A DNA stretch of 64,000 nt from NCBI GenBank assembly GCA_963693055.1, contig OY843751.1:1824001-1888000 (forward strand). The letters are read 5' to 3'. Positions 55,495 through 64,000 of the stretch are shown here, piece by piece (position 1 is the stretch's first letter; every line of letters starts with the position of its first letter). Origin of the DNA: a bacterium. GTDB taxonomy: Bacteria > Zhuqueibacterota > Zhuqueibacteria > Residuimicrobiales > Krinioviventaceae. A program made the translations under genes and the position numbers. Below the pieces are notes generated by a model. It saw only the letters and a list, made by a program, of their open reading frames with translations, had not been told where the DNA came from and ran no database searches.

Positions 55495-56478
55495 ATGTCT
55501 GTTTTAAAAATTAAATCACTTGGAATATTGACCTTGACGTTAATGCTCTGTTTGTTTTGGGGGTGTGCATCTCAACAAGCATCCTTAATGGAAGATGAAT
55601 TTGACTCTGATAGTGATATTGATGCAGAGCTTGAAGATCTGTTTGATTTAAACGATATGAGTGTTGCAGACAGTAATAATGAATTGAATGCAAGCGAAGA
55701 TTTTTTGACCAGACTGGAATCTGATGCTCCTTTTCAAAAAGCAGAAGAAGAACCTTTTGCTCCTGTTGCTCAAAGTCAATCTGAAGAAGAATCGCTGCAA
55801 GAAGTTCTGGCGCTATTGCTGGATGACGATGAGGAAGAAGATCCCTTTCCCACAACGATGGATTCATTTAATTCAATGGAGACGTTTACTCCTGTTGAAC
55901 AATCTGAATCTGAAACAACAGGATTAGAGTCTTATGCCCTTGAAAATGATGTATTGAGGCTTGAAGATGAGTTGGAAAATAAAAATCAGGAAGCCCAAAG
56001 ATTGCGTCTACTGATTGATGAGAAAAATAAACGAATTGAACAATTGGAGCGTAATGGCACCCCTACACAAACCAGGGCACAACCCAGATCTTCTGTTGTT
56101 GTAAATACCAGCCAGTTTTCTGAAGGTTATGCTTCTGCGCGTTCTTTATTTGAGAGCTTTAAATATTCTGATGCGCTTGCAGCTTTTAAAAGTTTACTGG
56201 CATCTCAACCCAATCATTATATGGCTGACAATTGCCAGTATTGGATTGGTGAATGTTATTTTGGTCTAAAGCAATATGACCAGGCAGTAGTCGAGTTTGA
56301 AAAAGTTTTCTCATTTAGTAGAAAAGATAAATTTGATGATGCACAAATGATGATTGCGTTATCATATATTCGTAATGGTCAACGGGATATGGCAAAACAG
56401 GCTTTTGATAAATTGTTTAGCAATTATCCTGATAGTGAATATTCAGCACGTGCCCGTAAAATGTACCAAAATTTATAA
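55495..56478 (+). CDS. CpoB/YbgF-like TPR lipoprotein with acidic linker and coiled coil
   Basis: FWGC lipobox; ADNCQYWIGE.YF, K.DDA, YPDS C-terminal TPRs. Confidence 0.75.
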   Translation: MSVLKIKSLGILTLTLMLCLFWGCASQQASLMEDEFDSDSDIDAELEDLFDLNDMSVADSNNELNASEDFLTRLESDAPFQKAEEEPFAPVAQSQSEEESLQEVLALLLDDDEEEDPFPTTMDSFNSMETFTPVEQSESETTGLESYALENDVLRLEDELENKNQEAQRLRLLIDEKNKRIEQLERNGTPTQTRAQPRSSVVVNTSQFSEGYASARSLFESFKYSDALAAFKSLLASQPNHYMADNCQYWIGECYFGLKQYDQAVVEFEKVFSFSRKDKFDDAQMMIALSYIRNGQRDMAKQAFDKLFSNYPDSEYSARARKMYQNL

Positions 56479-56508
56479 AAAACTGTTTTTCTTCGAAATG
56501 AATTCTTG

Positions 56509-56536
56509 CGGGGTCATGTTGTAAAATATGACCCTG
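56509..56536. other. Intergenic hairpin before dnaE
   Basis: CGGGGTCATGTT-gtaa-AATATGACCCTG. Confidence 0.4.
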
Positions 56537-56595
56537 AAATTGTTTTTAACAATTTCCCACCTTGAATATCTGTAATAAAATTCTGAGAGGTTCTA

Positions 56596-59500
56596 GTGTC
56601 CGAGTTTATACATTTGCATAATCATACGCATTTTAGTCTGCTTGATGGCGCATGTCGTATTGAAGATATGGTAACACAAGCGCTTGAATATAATATGGAT
56701 TCACTCGCTATAACAGATCATGGATGTCTTTTTGGTGCTGTTGAGTTTTATCAAAAGTGTACTGCCCGAGAAGTAAAACCCATTATTGGTTGTGAAGTAT
56801 ATTTGGCTCCCGGAAGTCGTTTTGATAAAAAGACAGGTGACAAAACAGGCACAGCTTATCATCTGGTTTTATTGAGCAAGAATGAAACCGGATATAAAAA
56901 TCTTATGAAGCTGGTATCTATGGGATACCTTGAAGGATTTTATTACAAGCCCAGAATTGACTGGGAGATCCTCAGTCAATATTCTGAAGGTTTGGTTGCT
57001 CTTAGCGCTTGTTTAAAAGGGGAAGTTTCTCAGGCAATATTAAAAAAGGGGAAATCTGACGCTTTAAATGTTATAGAGAAATATAAAAATACCTTTGGTG
57101 ATGATTTTTATCTTGAAGTTCAAAATCATGGCATTCCTGAAGAAGATACAGTTCGGGAAAATATTATTCAAATTGCCAGTGAAAATGATCTCAAGGTTGT
57201 CGCTACAAACGATATCCATTATTTGAAAAAAGAACATCATGAAGCTCACGATGTTTTGTTATGTTTGCAAACCGGAAAGGATTTTGATGATCCTAACCGT
57301 ATGAAATATTCTACCCACGAGCTCTATTTTAAAAGCCCAAAAGAAATGGCAGCAATGTTTCCCGGCCATCCCGAGCTGCTTGAAAATACTCTTGAAATCG
57401 CTGAAAAATGCAACATGACCATGAATTTTAAAGAGTATCTCATTCCTGATTTCGAGATACCTCCTGATGATGGATCAAAAGATCTGGGCGAATACCTTCG
57501 AAAACTTTCATTTGAGGGATTAAAAGAAAGATATGATGAAATAACACCTGAATTAACCGAACGTCTGGATATGGAATTGGATATTATTATATCCATGGGT
57601 TATGCCGGTTATTTTCTAATTACCTGGGATTTTATCCGTTACGCACGAGAAAATGATATACCGGTTGGGCCAGGACGTGGATCGGCTGCAGGTAGTTTAA
57701 TTTCTTATTGTTTGCATATCACAAACCTTGATCCCATGCGATATAATTTGATTTTTGAAAGGTTTTTAAATCCCGAACGTGTCAGCATGCCTGATATTGA
57801 TATTGACTTTTGCTATGAACGCCGTGAAGAAGTCATTGATTATGTAAAAGAAAAATATGGTTATAATAATGTTTGCCAGATCATAACCTTTGGTACAATG
57901 GCTGCCCGCGGAGTAATTCGTGATGTTGGTCGTGTATTGAAAATGAGTTATGGTGAGGTAGACAAGATAGCCAAACTGGTTCCAACTCAAATTAATATAA
58001 AGCTGGCAAAAGCAATGGAACAGGTCCAGGAGCTGCGAGAGTTGGAAAATAAAGATTCTCAGCATAAACGTTTGTTCCAGTTTTCCCGGGTTTTGGAAGG
58101 GCTTGCGCGTCATGCTTCCACTCACGCTGCGGGGGTTGTAATTGCTCCCAAGGAATTAACCAATTACGTGCCCCTTTATAAAACCAAAGATGGCGATATT
58201 ACAACCCAATACGAAATGAAGGTATTGGATGATGTGGGCCTTTTGAAAATGGACTTTTTGGGTTTACGTACACTTACTGTAATTCAAAAAGCGGTTGATT
58301 CTTTAAAAGAGAAAAACATCCATATTGATATTGATCATATTGATATTCAGGATAGTAAAGTTTACGAGTTATTTTCACGCGGTGAAACCGTTGGCGTGTT
58401 CCAGTTTGAATCTTCAGGAATGCAAGAATATCTCAAAAAATTGCAGCCTGAATGTCTTGAAGATCTAATTGCTATGAACTCTTTGTATCGTCCGGGTCCT
58501 ATGGATTTTATTGATGATTTTATTAGAGGTAAAAAGGACAATACCAAAGTTAAATATATCCACCCCATACTTGAAGATATTCTCAAAGAGACCTATGGTA
58601 TTGCGGTATACCAGGAACAGGTAATGAAAATGGCAAGTGTGGTGGGTGGTTTTACCCTGGGTGGCTCTGATATCCTTCGCCGTGCTATGGGTAAAAAGAA
58701 AGTTGATGTTATGCAGGCTAAGCGTGTGGAATTTGTTGAAGGTGCTGCAGAACGTGGTGTGCCTGAAAAGCAGGCCAATGAAATTTTTGACATGATGGAA
58801 AAGTTTGCCGGGTACGGTTTTAACAAGTCTCACGCTGCTTGTTATTCTCTGGTTGCTTTTCAAACTGCTTTTTTGAAAACCCATTATCCTGCCGAGTTTA
58901 TGGCCGCAACCATAAGTAGTGAAATGGGCAGTTCGAACAGAGTTACCATTCTTTTGGAAGAATGCCGTAGAATGGGTTTAAATGTTTTACCTCCTGATGT
59001 GAATGAGAGCTATTCTGATTTCAAGGTTATAGGGGATGACATTCGTTTCGGACTTGGAGCGGTTAAAAATGTGGGATTGGGAGCCATAAAGGCGATAGAA
59101 AAAGCCAGAGATGAAAACGGAAGTTATAAAACAATTTTTGAGCTGTGTCAACGTGTAGATAAATCTACAGTGAACCGTAAGGCGCTTGAAAGTCTTGTGC
59201 TTGCCGGTGCTATGGATTCACTGGATGGCACACGTGCCCAGCTTTTTGATGCTATTGATACTGCGGTTGATTTTGCACAAAAAACACAGGCAGACAGTAA
59301 TAGCAATCAGGCATCTATATTTGATATGGAAACTACTGAAATGGCAATTGCTGAACCTCTGTTAAATGATGTTGATGAATGGTCACAAACCGATGTCCTC
59401 AACAAGGAAAAAGAGATTCTTGGGTTTTATCTTTCAGGTCACCCGCTTGATAAATTCAGAGAAGAAGTCTATACGTATTCCACTGTCACAATCGATTCTG

Positions 59501-60018
59501 TTGGTGAACTTAAAGATGGTTCTAGTGTACGGTTATGCGGTATCATTACCGATTTAAAGAAACATATTGATCGTAAAAATCGCACTATGGCCTTTTTCAA
59601 GATTGAAGATTTTACCGGGAATATTGAAGGTTTGGCGTTCTCTATTCCCTATGAAAAGTATAAAGACTTTATTTTTGAAGATTCAATGATTATGGCAATT
59701 GGCAAGATCAATACCCGTGAATCAGAGTCTCCTAAAATATTGATTGAAGAAGTTATTACGCTTGAAGAAGCGCGTAAACGCTATACTAAAAATTTATGTG
59801 TATCTTTACAAACCGATTCGATTTCAGATGAACTGCTAGCAGAAGTGAAACAGCTTTTGGAACAATGTCAGGGACAGGTTCCGGTTTATTTTAATGTAAA
59901 AACGCCAGACAAAGGCGATTATATGTTAAGATCCAAGTCTTTGAAAATTGCACCAAATCTAGATCTGGTAGAACAATTGCGTGACAAGGTTGGCAGAGAA
60001 AATGTGTGGATTGGGTAA
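56596..60018 (+). CDS. dnaE: DNA polymerase III alpha subunit
   Basis: HLHNH...SLLDG PHP domain, GRGSAAGS, PDIDIDF, GYGFNKSHA, OB fold. Confidence 0.98.
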   Translation: MSEFIHLHNHTHFSLLDGACRIEDMVTQALEYNMDSLAITDHGCLFGAVEFYQKCTAREVKPIIGCEVYLAPGSRFDKKTGDKTGTAYHLVLLSKNETGYKNLMKLVSMGYLEGFYYKPRIDWEILSQYSEGLVALSACLKGEVSQAILKKGKSDALNVIEKYKNTFGDDFYLEVQNHGIPEEDTVRENIIQIASENDLKVVATNDIHYLKKEHHEAHDVLLCLQTGKDFDDPNRMKYSTHELYFKSPKEMAAMFPGHPELLENTLEIAEKCNMTMNFKEYLIPDFEIPPDDGSKDLGEYLRKLSFEGLKERYDEITPELTERLDMELDIIISMGYAGYFLITWDFIRYARENDIPVGPGRGSAAGSLISYCLHITNLDPMRYNLIFERFLNPERVSMPDIDIDFCYERREEVIDYVKEKYGYNNVCQIITFGTMAARGVIRDVGRVLKMSYGEVDKIAKLVPTQINIKLAKAMEQVQELRELENKDSQHKRLFQFSRVLEGLARHASTHAAGVVIAPKELTNYVPLYKTKDGDITTQYEMKVLDDVGLLKMDFLGLRTLTVIQKAVDSLKEKNIHIDIDHIDIQDSKVYELFSRGETVGVFQFESSGMQEYLKKLQPECLEDLIAMNSLYRPGPMDFIDDFIRGKKDNTKVKYIHPILEDILKETYGIAVYQEQVMKMASVVGGFTLGGSDILRRAMGKKKVDVMQAKRVEFVEGAAERGVPEKQANEIFDMMEKFAGYGFNKSHAACYSLVAFQTAFLKTHYPAEFMAATISSEMGSSNRVTILLEECRRMGLNVLPPDVNESYSDFKVIGDDIRFGLGAVKNVGLGAIKAIEKARDENGSYKTIFELCQRVDKSTVNRKALESLVLAGAMDSLDGTRAQLFDAIDTAVDFAQKTQADSNSNQASIFDMETTEMAIAEPLLNDVDEWSQTDVLNKEKEILGFYLSGHPLDKFREEVYTYSTVTIDSVGELKDGSSVRLCGIITDLKKHIDRKNRTMAFFKIEDFTGNIEGLAFSIPYEKYKDFIFEDSMIMAIGKINTRESESPKILIEEVITLEEARKRYTKNLCVSLQTDSISDELLAEVKQLLEQCQGQVPVYFNVKTPDKGDYMLRSKSLKIAPNLDLVEQLRDKVGRENVWIG

Positions 60019-60029
60019 GTGAGGTTTTG

Positions 60030-60308
60030 GTGATAGATCGTGATGAATTGATAATATTATTGGTTGGTTTGGTTGCTATTACTGTTATTACCCGCATTAT
60101 TGCCGGCAAAGTCGTTAAACATTTATCTCCCTCCATTGCAAGATATACCTTTATTTTTACGGGTGTATTGGGTTTATATTATCTTGTTGATATATTAATC
60201 CATATTTCACTTTTTTATCTCAATATTTATTTTTATTTTTGGCTGATTGTAATTTCAATTCAAATCGTCTATTATATTCGTTCAAAATACATGTGGAAAA
60301 ATGACTAG
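60030..60308 (+). CDS. Small hypothetical membrane protein
   Basis: Three hydrophobic segments; GAGG SD before GTG 60030; fills the gap between dnaE and rnhA. Confidence 0.55.
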   Translation: MIDRDELIILLVGLVAITVITRIIAGKVVKHLSPSIARYTFIFTGVLGLYYLVDILIHISLFYLNIYFYFWLIVISIQIVYYIRSKYMWKND

Positions 60309-60831
60309 CGAAAAAAAAGTTTGGGATCTTTTAAAATCAAAAACAAGAGCAGAAGCTATAGGAGTATCAGACTCTGACTGGACTGCTTTTGTAAACAAAG
60401 TTGATGTTTTATTTGAAAAACCGAAAATTGAAAAATACAATCTATATTCTGATGGTGCTGCACGCGGCAACCCCGGTCCTTCAGGGGTTGGTATATATAT
60501 TGAAGATGCTCAGGGTAATATCGTTAAACAGCATTTTGAATATTTGGGTGATCAAACTAACAACTGTGCGGAATATATGGCTTTGTCAATAGGCCTGGAT
60601 ATAGCAAAAGATATGGAGCTGGATAATATAACCGTTTTTACAGATAGCGAATTAATGGCGAAACAGTTGAATGGAATTTATAAAGTTAAAAATAAATCGC
60701 TTATTGAATTGTATATGCAGGTTACGCAAAAAATTAATTCCTTTAGTAGTATTGAAATACAACATGTAACTCGTGATAAAAATAAAAATGCTGACCGATT
60801 GGCCAATATGGCAATCGATTCTCATGCTTGA
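60301..60831 (+). CDS. rnhA: Ribonuclease HI family protein with N-terminal extension
   Basis: DGAARGNPGP, TNN.AEY, DSEL...Q..G.YKVK, N..AD.LAN. Confidence 0.85.
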   Translation: MTSEKKVWDLLKSKTRAEAIGVSDSDWTAFVNKVDVLFEKPKIEKYNLYSDGAARGNPGPSGVGIYIEDAQGNIVKQHFEYLGDQTNNCAEYMALSIGLDIAKDMELDNITVFTDSELMAKQLNGIYKVKNKSLIELYMQVTQKINSFSSIEIQHVTRDKNKNADRLANMAIDSHA

Positions 60832-60841
60832 GGGAGGAAAT

Positions 60842-61906
60842 ATGAAAGCCCTGATAACCGCTGGCGGTAAAGGTACTCGTCTGCGCCCGTTAACACACAC
60901 TCAAAATAAGCATATGCTTTCTATTGCCAACAAACCTATACTGCATTATGCTATTGAAAAAGTTGTGAATGCAGGGATAACTGAAATAGGTATAGTGACC
61001 AATCAGGAAGGCACCGAAGTTAAAGAAGCCATTGGTGATGGCAGCACCTGGGGTGTTAATATAACATATATTCCTCAAGATGCTCCATTGGGTCTGGCAC
61101 ATGTTGTGAAAATATCTCAGGATTTTATTGGCGATGATTCATTCATATTTTATCTTGGTGATAATATGGTTGTTGGCGGGTTGGAAAAGTTTATTCAGGC
61201 TTTTAAAGAATCCGGTGCCAACTGTCATTTGACACTGTCCAAGGTCAAAGATCCTGAACGTTTTGGCGTTCCGGAGCTCAAAGATGGCCATATCATTGGT
61301 ATTGAAGAAAAACCGAAAGCACCCAAAAGTGAGTATGCCGTTTCGGGTATATATATTTATGACAGCAATATCTTTAAAGCTGTTAATGCTATCGAACCCA
61401 GTGCGAGAGGGGAGCTTGAAATTTCAGATGCACATCAGTACCTGCTTGACAACGGATATCAAATCGGCTATTCTGAAATTACCGGATGGTGGAAAGATAC
61501 CGGCAAGCCTGAAGATATTTTGGAAGCCAACAGACTTGTACTGGAACATACAACAGGTAAAACACTGGGTAATGTAGATTCTCTATCAACCATAACCGGT
61601 GAAGTTGTCATTGAAAAAGGTGCTTCGGTCATTAATAGCGTTGTACGGGGACCGATTGTAATTGGAAGTAATACACGCATTGAGAACAGTTATGTGGGCC
61701 CCTTTACATCTATTGGCAAGAATTGTATCATAAACGAAAGTGAAGTTGAATTTAGTATCATACTCGATTCGTGCAAGATAAATGATGTTGGTGTTCGAAT
61801 AGAAAATAGTCTGTTAGGAACCGGCGCACGTGTTGTACGCGCTACCTCTCGGCCGCAAACGCATCGTTTTATGGTGGGTGATCAAAGCTTGATTGAAATA
61901 CGGTAG
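60842..61906 (+). CDS. Glucose-1-phosphate thymidylyltransferase (long form)
   Basis: GGKGTRLRPLT, PLGLAH, YLGDN, EEKP, WWKDTG, C-terminal left-handed beta-helix; start at ATG 60842 after GGGAGG. Confidence 0.9.
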   Translation: MKALITAGGKGTRLRPLTHTQNKHMLSIANKPILHYAIEKVVNAGITEIGIVTNQEGTEVKEAIGDGSTWGVNITYIPQDAPLGLAHVVKISQDFIGDDSFIFYLGDNMVVGGLEKFIQAFKESGANCHLTLSKVKDPERFGVPELKDGHIIGIEEKPKAPKSEYAVSGIYIYDSNIFKAVNAIEPSARGELEISDAHQYLLDNGYQIGYSEITGWWKDTGKPEDILEANRLVLEHTTGKTLGNVDSLSTITGEVVIEKGASVINSVVRGPIVIGSNTRIENSYVGPFTSIGKNCIINESEVEFSIILDSCKINDVGVRIENSLLGTGARVVRATSRPQTHRFMVGDQSLIEIR

Positions 61907-61943
61907 TAAAATTATCATAATGTTAGTAATTTAAAATTACATC

Positions 61944-62056
61944 TTGCGATTCTTGAAAAAAAATATTACTTTACACTATTAAAATTCTGCACGACAACTC
62001 TAAAATTGACATACAACCCCGATCCGCTGAAGGAAAGCTGGCGAATTGGGGTTTTT
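61944..62056 (+). promoter_or_regulatory. Putative carAB promoter and leader with terminator-like hairpin
   Basis: TTGCGA-N17-TACTTT; AACCCCGAT...ATTGGGGTT followed by TTT, ahead of carA. Confidence 0.4.
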
Positions 62057-62094
62057 AGCACACTAATCAATCATTTTTTTTAGCAAAGATAATT

Positions 62095-63168
62095 ATGGAA
62101 AAAAAGAAAATCAAAGCAAGACTCGAACTAGAAGATGGCTCGGTTTTTCATGGATTTTCCTTCGGTGCCCAAAAATCTGTCGCGGGTGAGGTGGTTTTTA
62201 ATACCAGCATGATGGGATATCCTGAAAGCATGACTGATCCGTCATATTATGGACAGATACTGGTTCTAACTTATCCACTTGTAGGAAATTACGGAATACC
62301 TGAAAAAGAACTTGTAGACGGTCTGGACCGTTGGTTTGAATCTTCAAATATCCAGATCACAGGATTAATTGTTTCCGAATATTCTTTTAATTACAGTCAC
62401 TGGAGCGCTGTAAAAAGCCTGGGTGATTGGCTTACTGAACATGATATCCCCGGATTATATGGTATTGATACCCGTATGTTGACCATGCGTTTGCGAGATG
62501 AAGGTACAATGCTGGGACGTATGTTGTTTTTTACTGATGAAATAGATTTTTACGATCCGAACAAGAGCAATCTTGTTGAAAAAGTAAGTATTGATGAGCC
62601 TGTAGAGTATGGCAAGTCTGGTCAAAAAGTCATTTTAATTGATTGTGGATGCAAAGATAATATTATTAGAAATTTGGTAAGTCGAGATATTATTGTAAGG
62701 CGGGTACCCTGGAATTATGACTTTACCAACGAAGACTATGATGGGGTGTTTATCTCTAATGGTCCTGGCGATCCTAAAATGTGTAGGGAGACTGTAGACA
62801 TTATTTCAAAAACACTTGAAGGTGATCGACCGGTTTTTGGTATCTGTATGGGGAACCAACTGCTTTCCCTGGCGGCAGGTGCCGATACTTATAAATTAAA
62901 GTTTGGTCATCGCAGTCAAAACCAGCCTTGTGTAGAAGTTGGAACAAAGCGCTGTTATATTACATCTCAGAACCATGGTTTCGCAGTTGATGGACGTACA
63001 TTACAGGAAGGGTGGGAGCCCTGGTTTGTAAACGCTAATGATGGTACCAACGAAGGCATTCGTCATGTATCTAAACCATTTATGAGCGTTCAGTTTCATC
63101 CGGAAGCAGCTCCGGGGCCGGTTGATACTTCTATACTTTTTGATGATTTTAAAAGGATGCTTTTATGA
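62095..63168 (+). CDS. carA: Carbamoyl-phosphate synthase small subunit
   Basis: GEVVFNT, TDPSY.GQ, SNGPGDP, GICMG, SQNHGF, QFHPE. Confidence 0.97.
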   Translation: MEKKKIKARLELEDGSVFHGFSFGAQKSVAGEVVFNTSMMGYPESMTDPSYYGQILVLTYPLVGNYGIPEKELVDGLDRWFESSNIQITGLIVSEYSFNYSHWSAVKSLGDWLTEHDIPGLYGIDTRMLTMRLRDEGTMLGRMLFFTDEIDFYDPNKSNLVEKVSIDEPVEYGKSGQKVILIDCGCKDNIIRNLVSRDIIVRRVPWNYDFTNEDYDGVFISNGPGDPKMCRETVDIISKTLEGDRPVFGICMGNQLLSLAAGADTYKLKFGHRSQNQPCVEVGTKRCYITSQNHGFAVDGRTLQEGWEPWFVNANDGTNEGIRHVSKPFMSVQFHPEAAPGPVDTSILFDDFKRMLL

Positions 63169-64000
63169 TAAATAAACCGAAAAAAGTCATAATTCTCGGC
63201 AGTTCGGCTTTAAAGATTGGCGAGGCGGGAGAGTTTGATTATTCCGGAAGCCAGGCCATCAAGGCACTCAAAGAAGAAGGTGTATATACCATTCTGGTAA
63301 ATCCCAATATTGCCACTATTCAAACTTCGGACCATTTGGCAGACCAGGTATACTTTTTGCCTGTTACACCATATTTTGTAGAACAAATCATTCAAAAGGA
63401 AAAACCGGATGGAATCCTTTTGGGATTTGGCGGTCAAACTGCTCTGAATTGTGGTATAGAACTTGAAAAAAGCGGTGTCTTGAGTCGTTATGGCGTCAAT
63501 GTATTGGGTACTCAGGTAGAAGCTATTCTCAATACCGAAGACAGACAGTTGTTTGTTTCCAAGCTGGACCAGATTAAAGTAAAAACCGCAATCAGCAAAG
63601 CTGTGGAAAATATTGATGATGCTGTTAAATATGCGGAAAAGATCGGTTATCCGGTTATGGTTCGTATCGCATTTGCTTTGGGTGGTCTTGGTTCAGGTAT
63701 TTGTAGAAATGAAGAAGAATTACGAGAGCTCGCCCAAAAGGCTTTTTCTTATACCAACCAGATATTGATTGAAGAATATCTCTTGGGTTGGAAAGAAGTT
63801 GAATATGAAATTGTACGGGACCGGTTCGATAATTGTATTGCCGTTTGTAATATGGAAAATTTTGACCCAATGGGCATCCATACTGGTGAGAGTATTGTTG
63901 TTGCACCCAGTCAGACATTGACTAATCGTGAATATCATAAACTTCGTGAGATTGGTATTCGCACCGTGCGTCATATGGGCATTGTTGGCGAGTGTAATAT
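63165..64000 (+). CDS. carB: Carbamoyl-phosphate synthase large subunit (partial, runs off the window)
   Basis: ATGA overlap with the carA stop; [47 protein letters not shown]; absent from the ORF track. Confidence 0.95.
   Translation, partial: MINKPKKVIILGSSALKIGEAGEFDYSGSQAIKALKEEGVYTILVNPNIATIQTSDHLADQVYFLPVTPYFVEQIIQKEKPDGILLGFGGQTALNCGIELEKSGVLSRYGVNVLGTQVEAILNTEDRQLFVSKLDQIKVKTAISKAVENIDDAVKYAEKIGYPVMVRIAFALGGLGSGICRNEEELRELAQKAFSYTNQILIEEYLLGWKEVEYEIVRDRFDNCIAVCNMENFDPMGIHTGESIVVAPSQTLTNREYHKLREIGIRTVRHMGIVGECN

Noticed and set aside
56596-60018. Intein in DnaE
   Set aside because: Length (1140 aa) is normal and motifs are contiguous; no splice-junction insert seen

Overview
AT-rich, gene-dense bacterial core-genome window. 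Nearly everything is on the + strand except a KTSC gene and the trp operon. Gene content (Kdo/lipid A/Lpt, Rnf, 2-oxoacid:ferredoxin oxidoreductase, a PorZ-like propeller with a T9SS/FlgD-like C-terminal domain) suggests an anaerobic diderm of the FCB-related radiation, e.g. KSB1/Calditrichota-like; this taxonomy is inference only. Order: OM barrel + TPR lipoprotein, rpiB-glyA-nrdR-rnfCDGEA, tatC, PHP, MBL, vor genes, rne/rng, rplU-rpmA, gatC-kdsB-pyrG-kdsA-[3 envelope genes]-kdsD-lpxL-lptCAB, rpoN-hslVU-argF, LPS glycosyltransferases, KTSC, trpEGDCFBA, ribD-ribE-ribBA-ribH, PorZ-like, recN, cpoB-like, dnaE, rnhA, rmlA-like, carA-carB (partial). I saw no tRNA, rRNA, CRISPR or mobile element. 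The most interesting signals are a trp attenuator with two tandem terminators apparently linked by strand exchange, a candidate anti-Shine-Dalgarno sRNA, a stand-alone hyper-acidic Trp-studded protein, a KdsA with an altered substrate motif (KDNRS), a three-gene envelope cassette inside the Kdo operon, and a sigma-54 promoter ahead of the KTSC gene. All calls come from reading the sequence; no searches were run.
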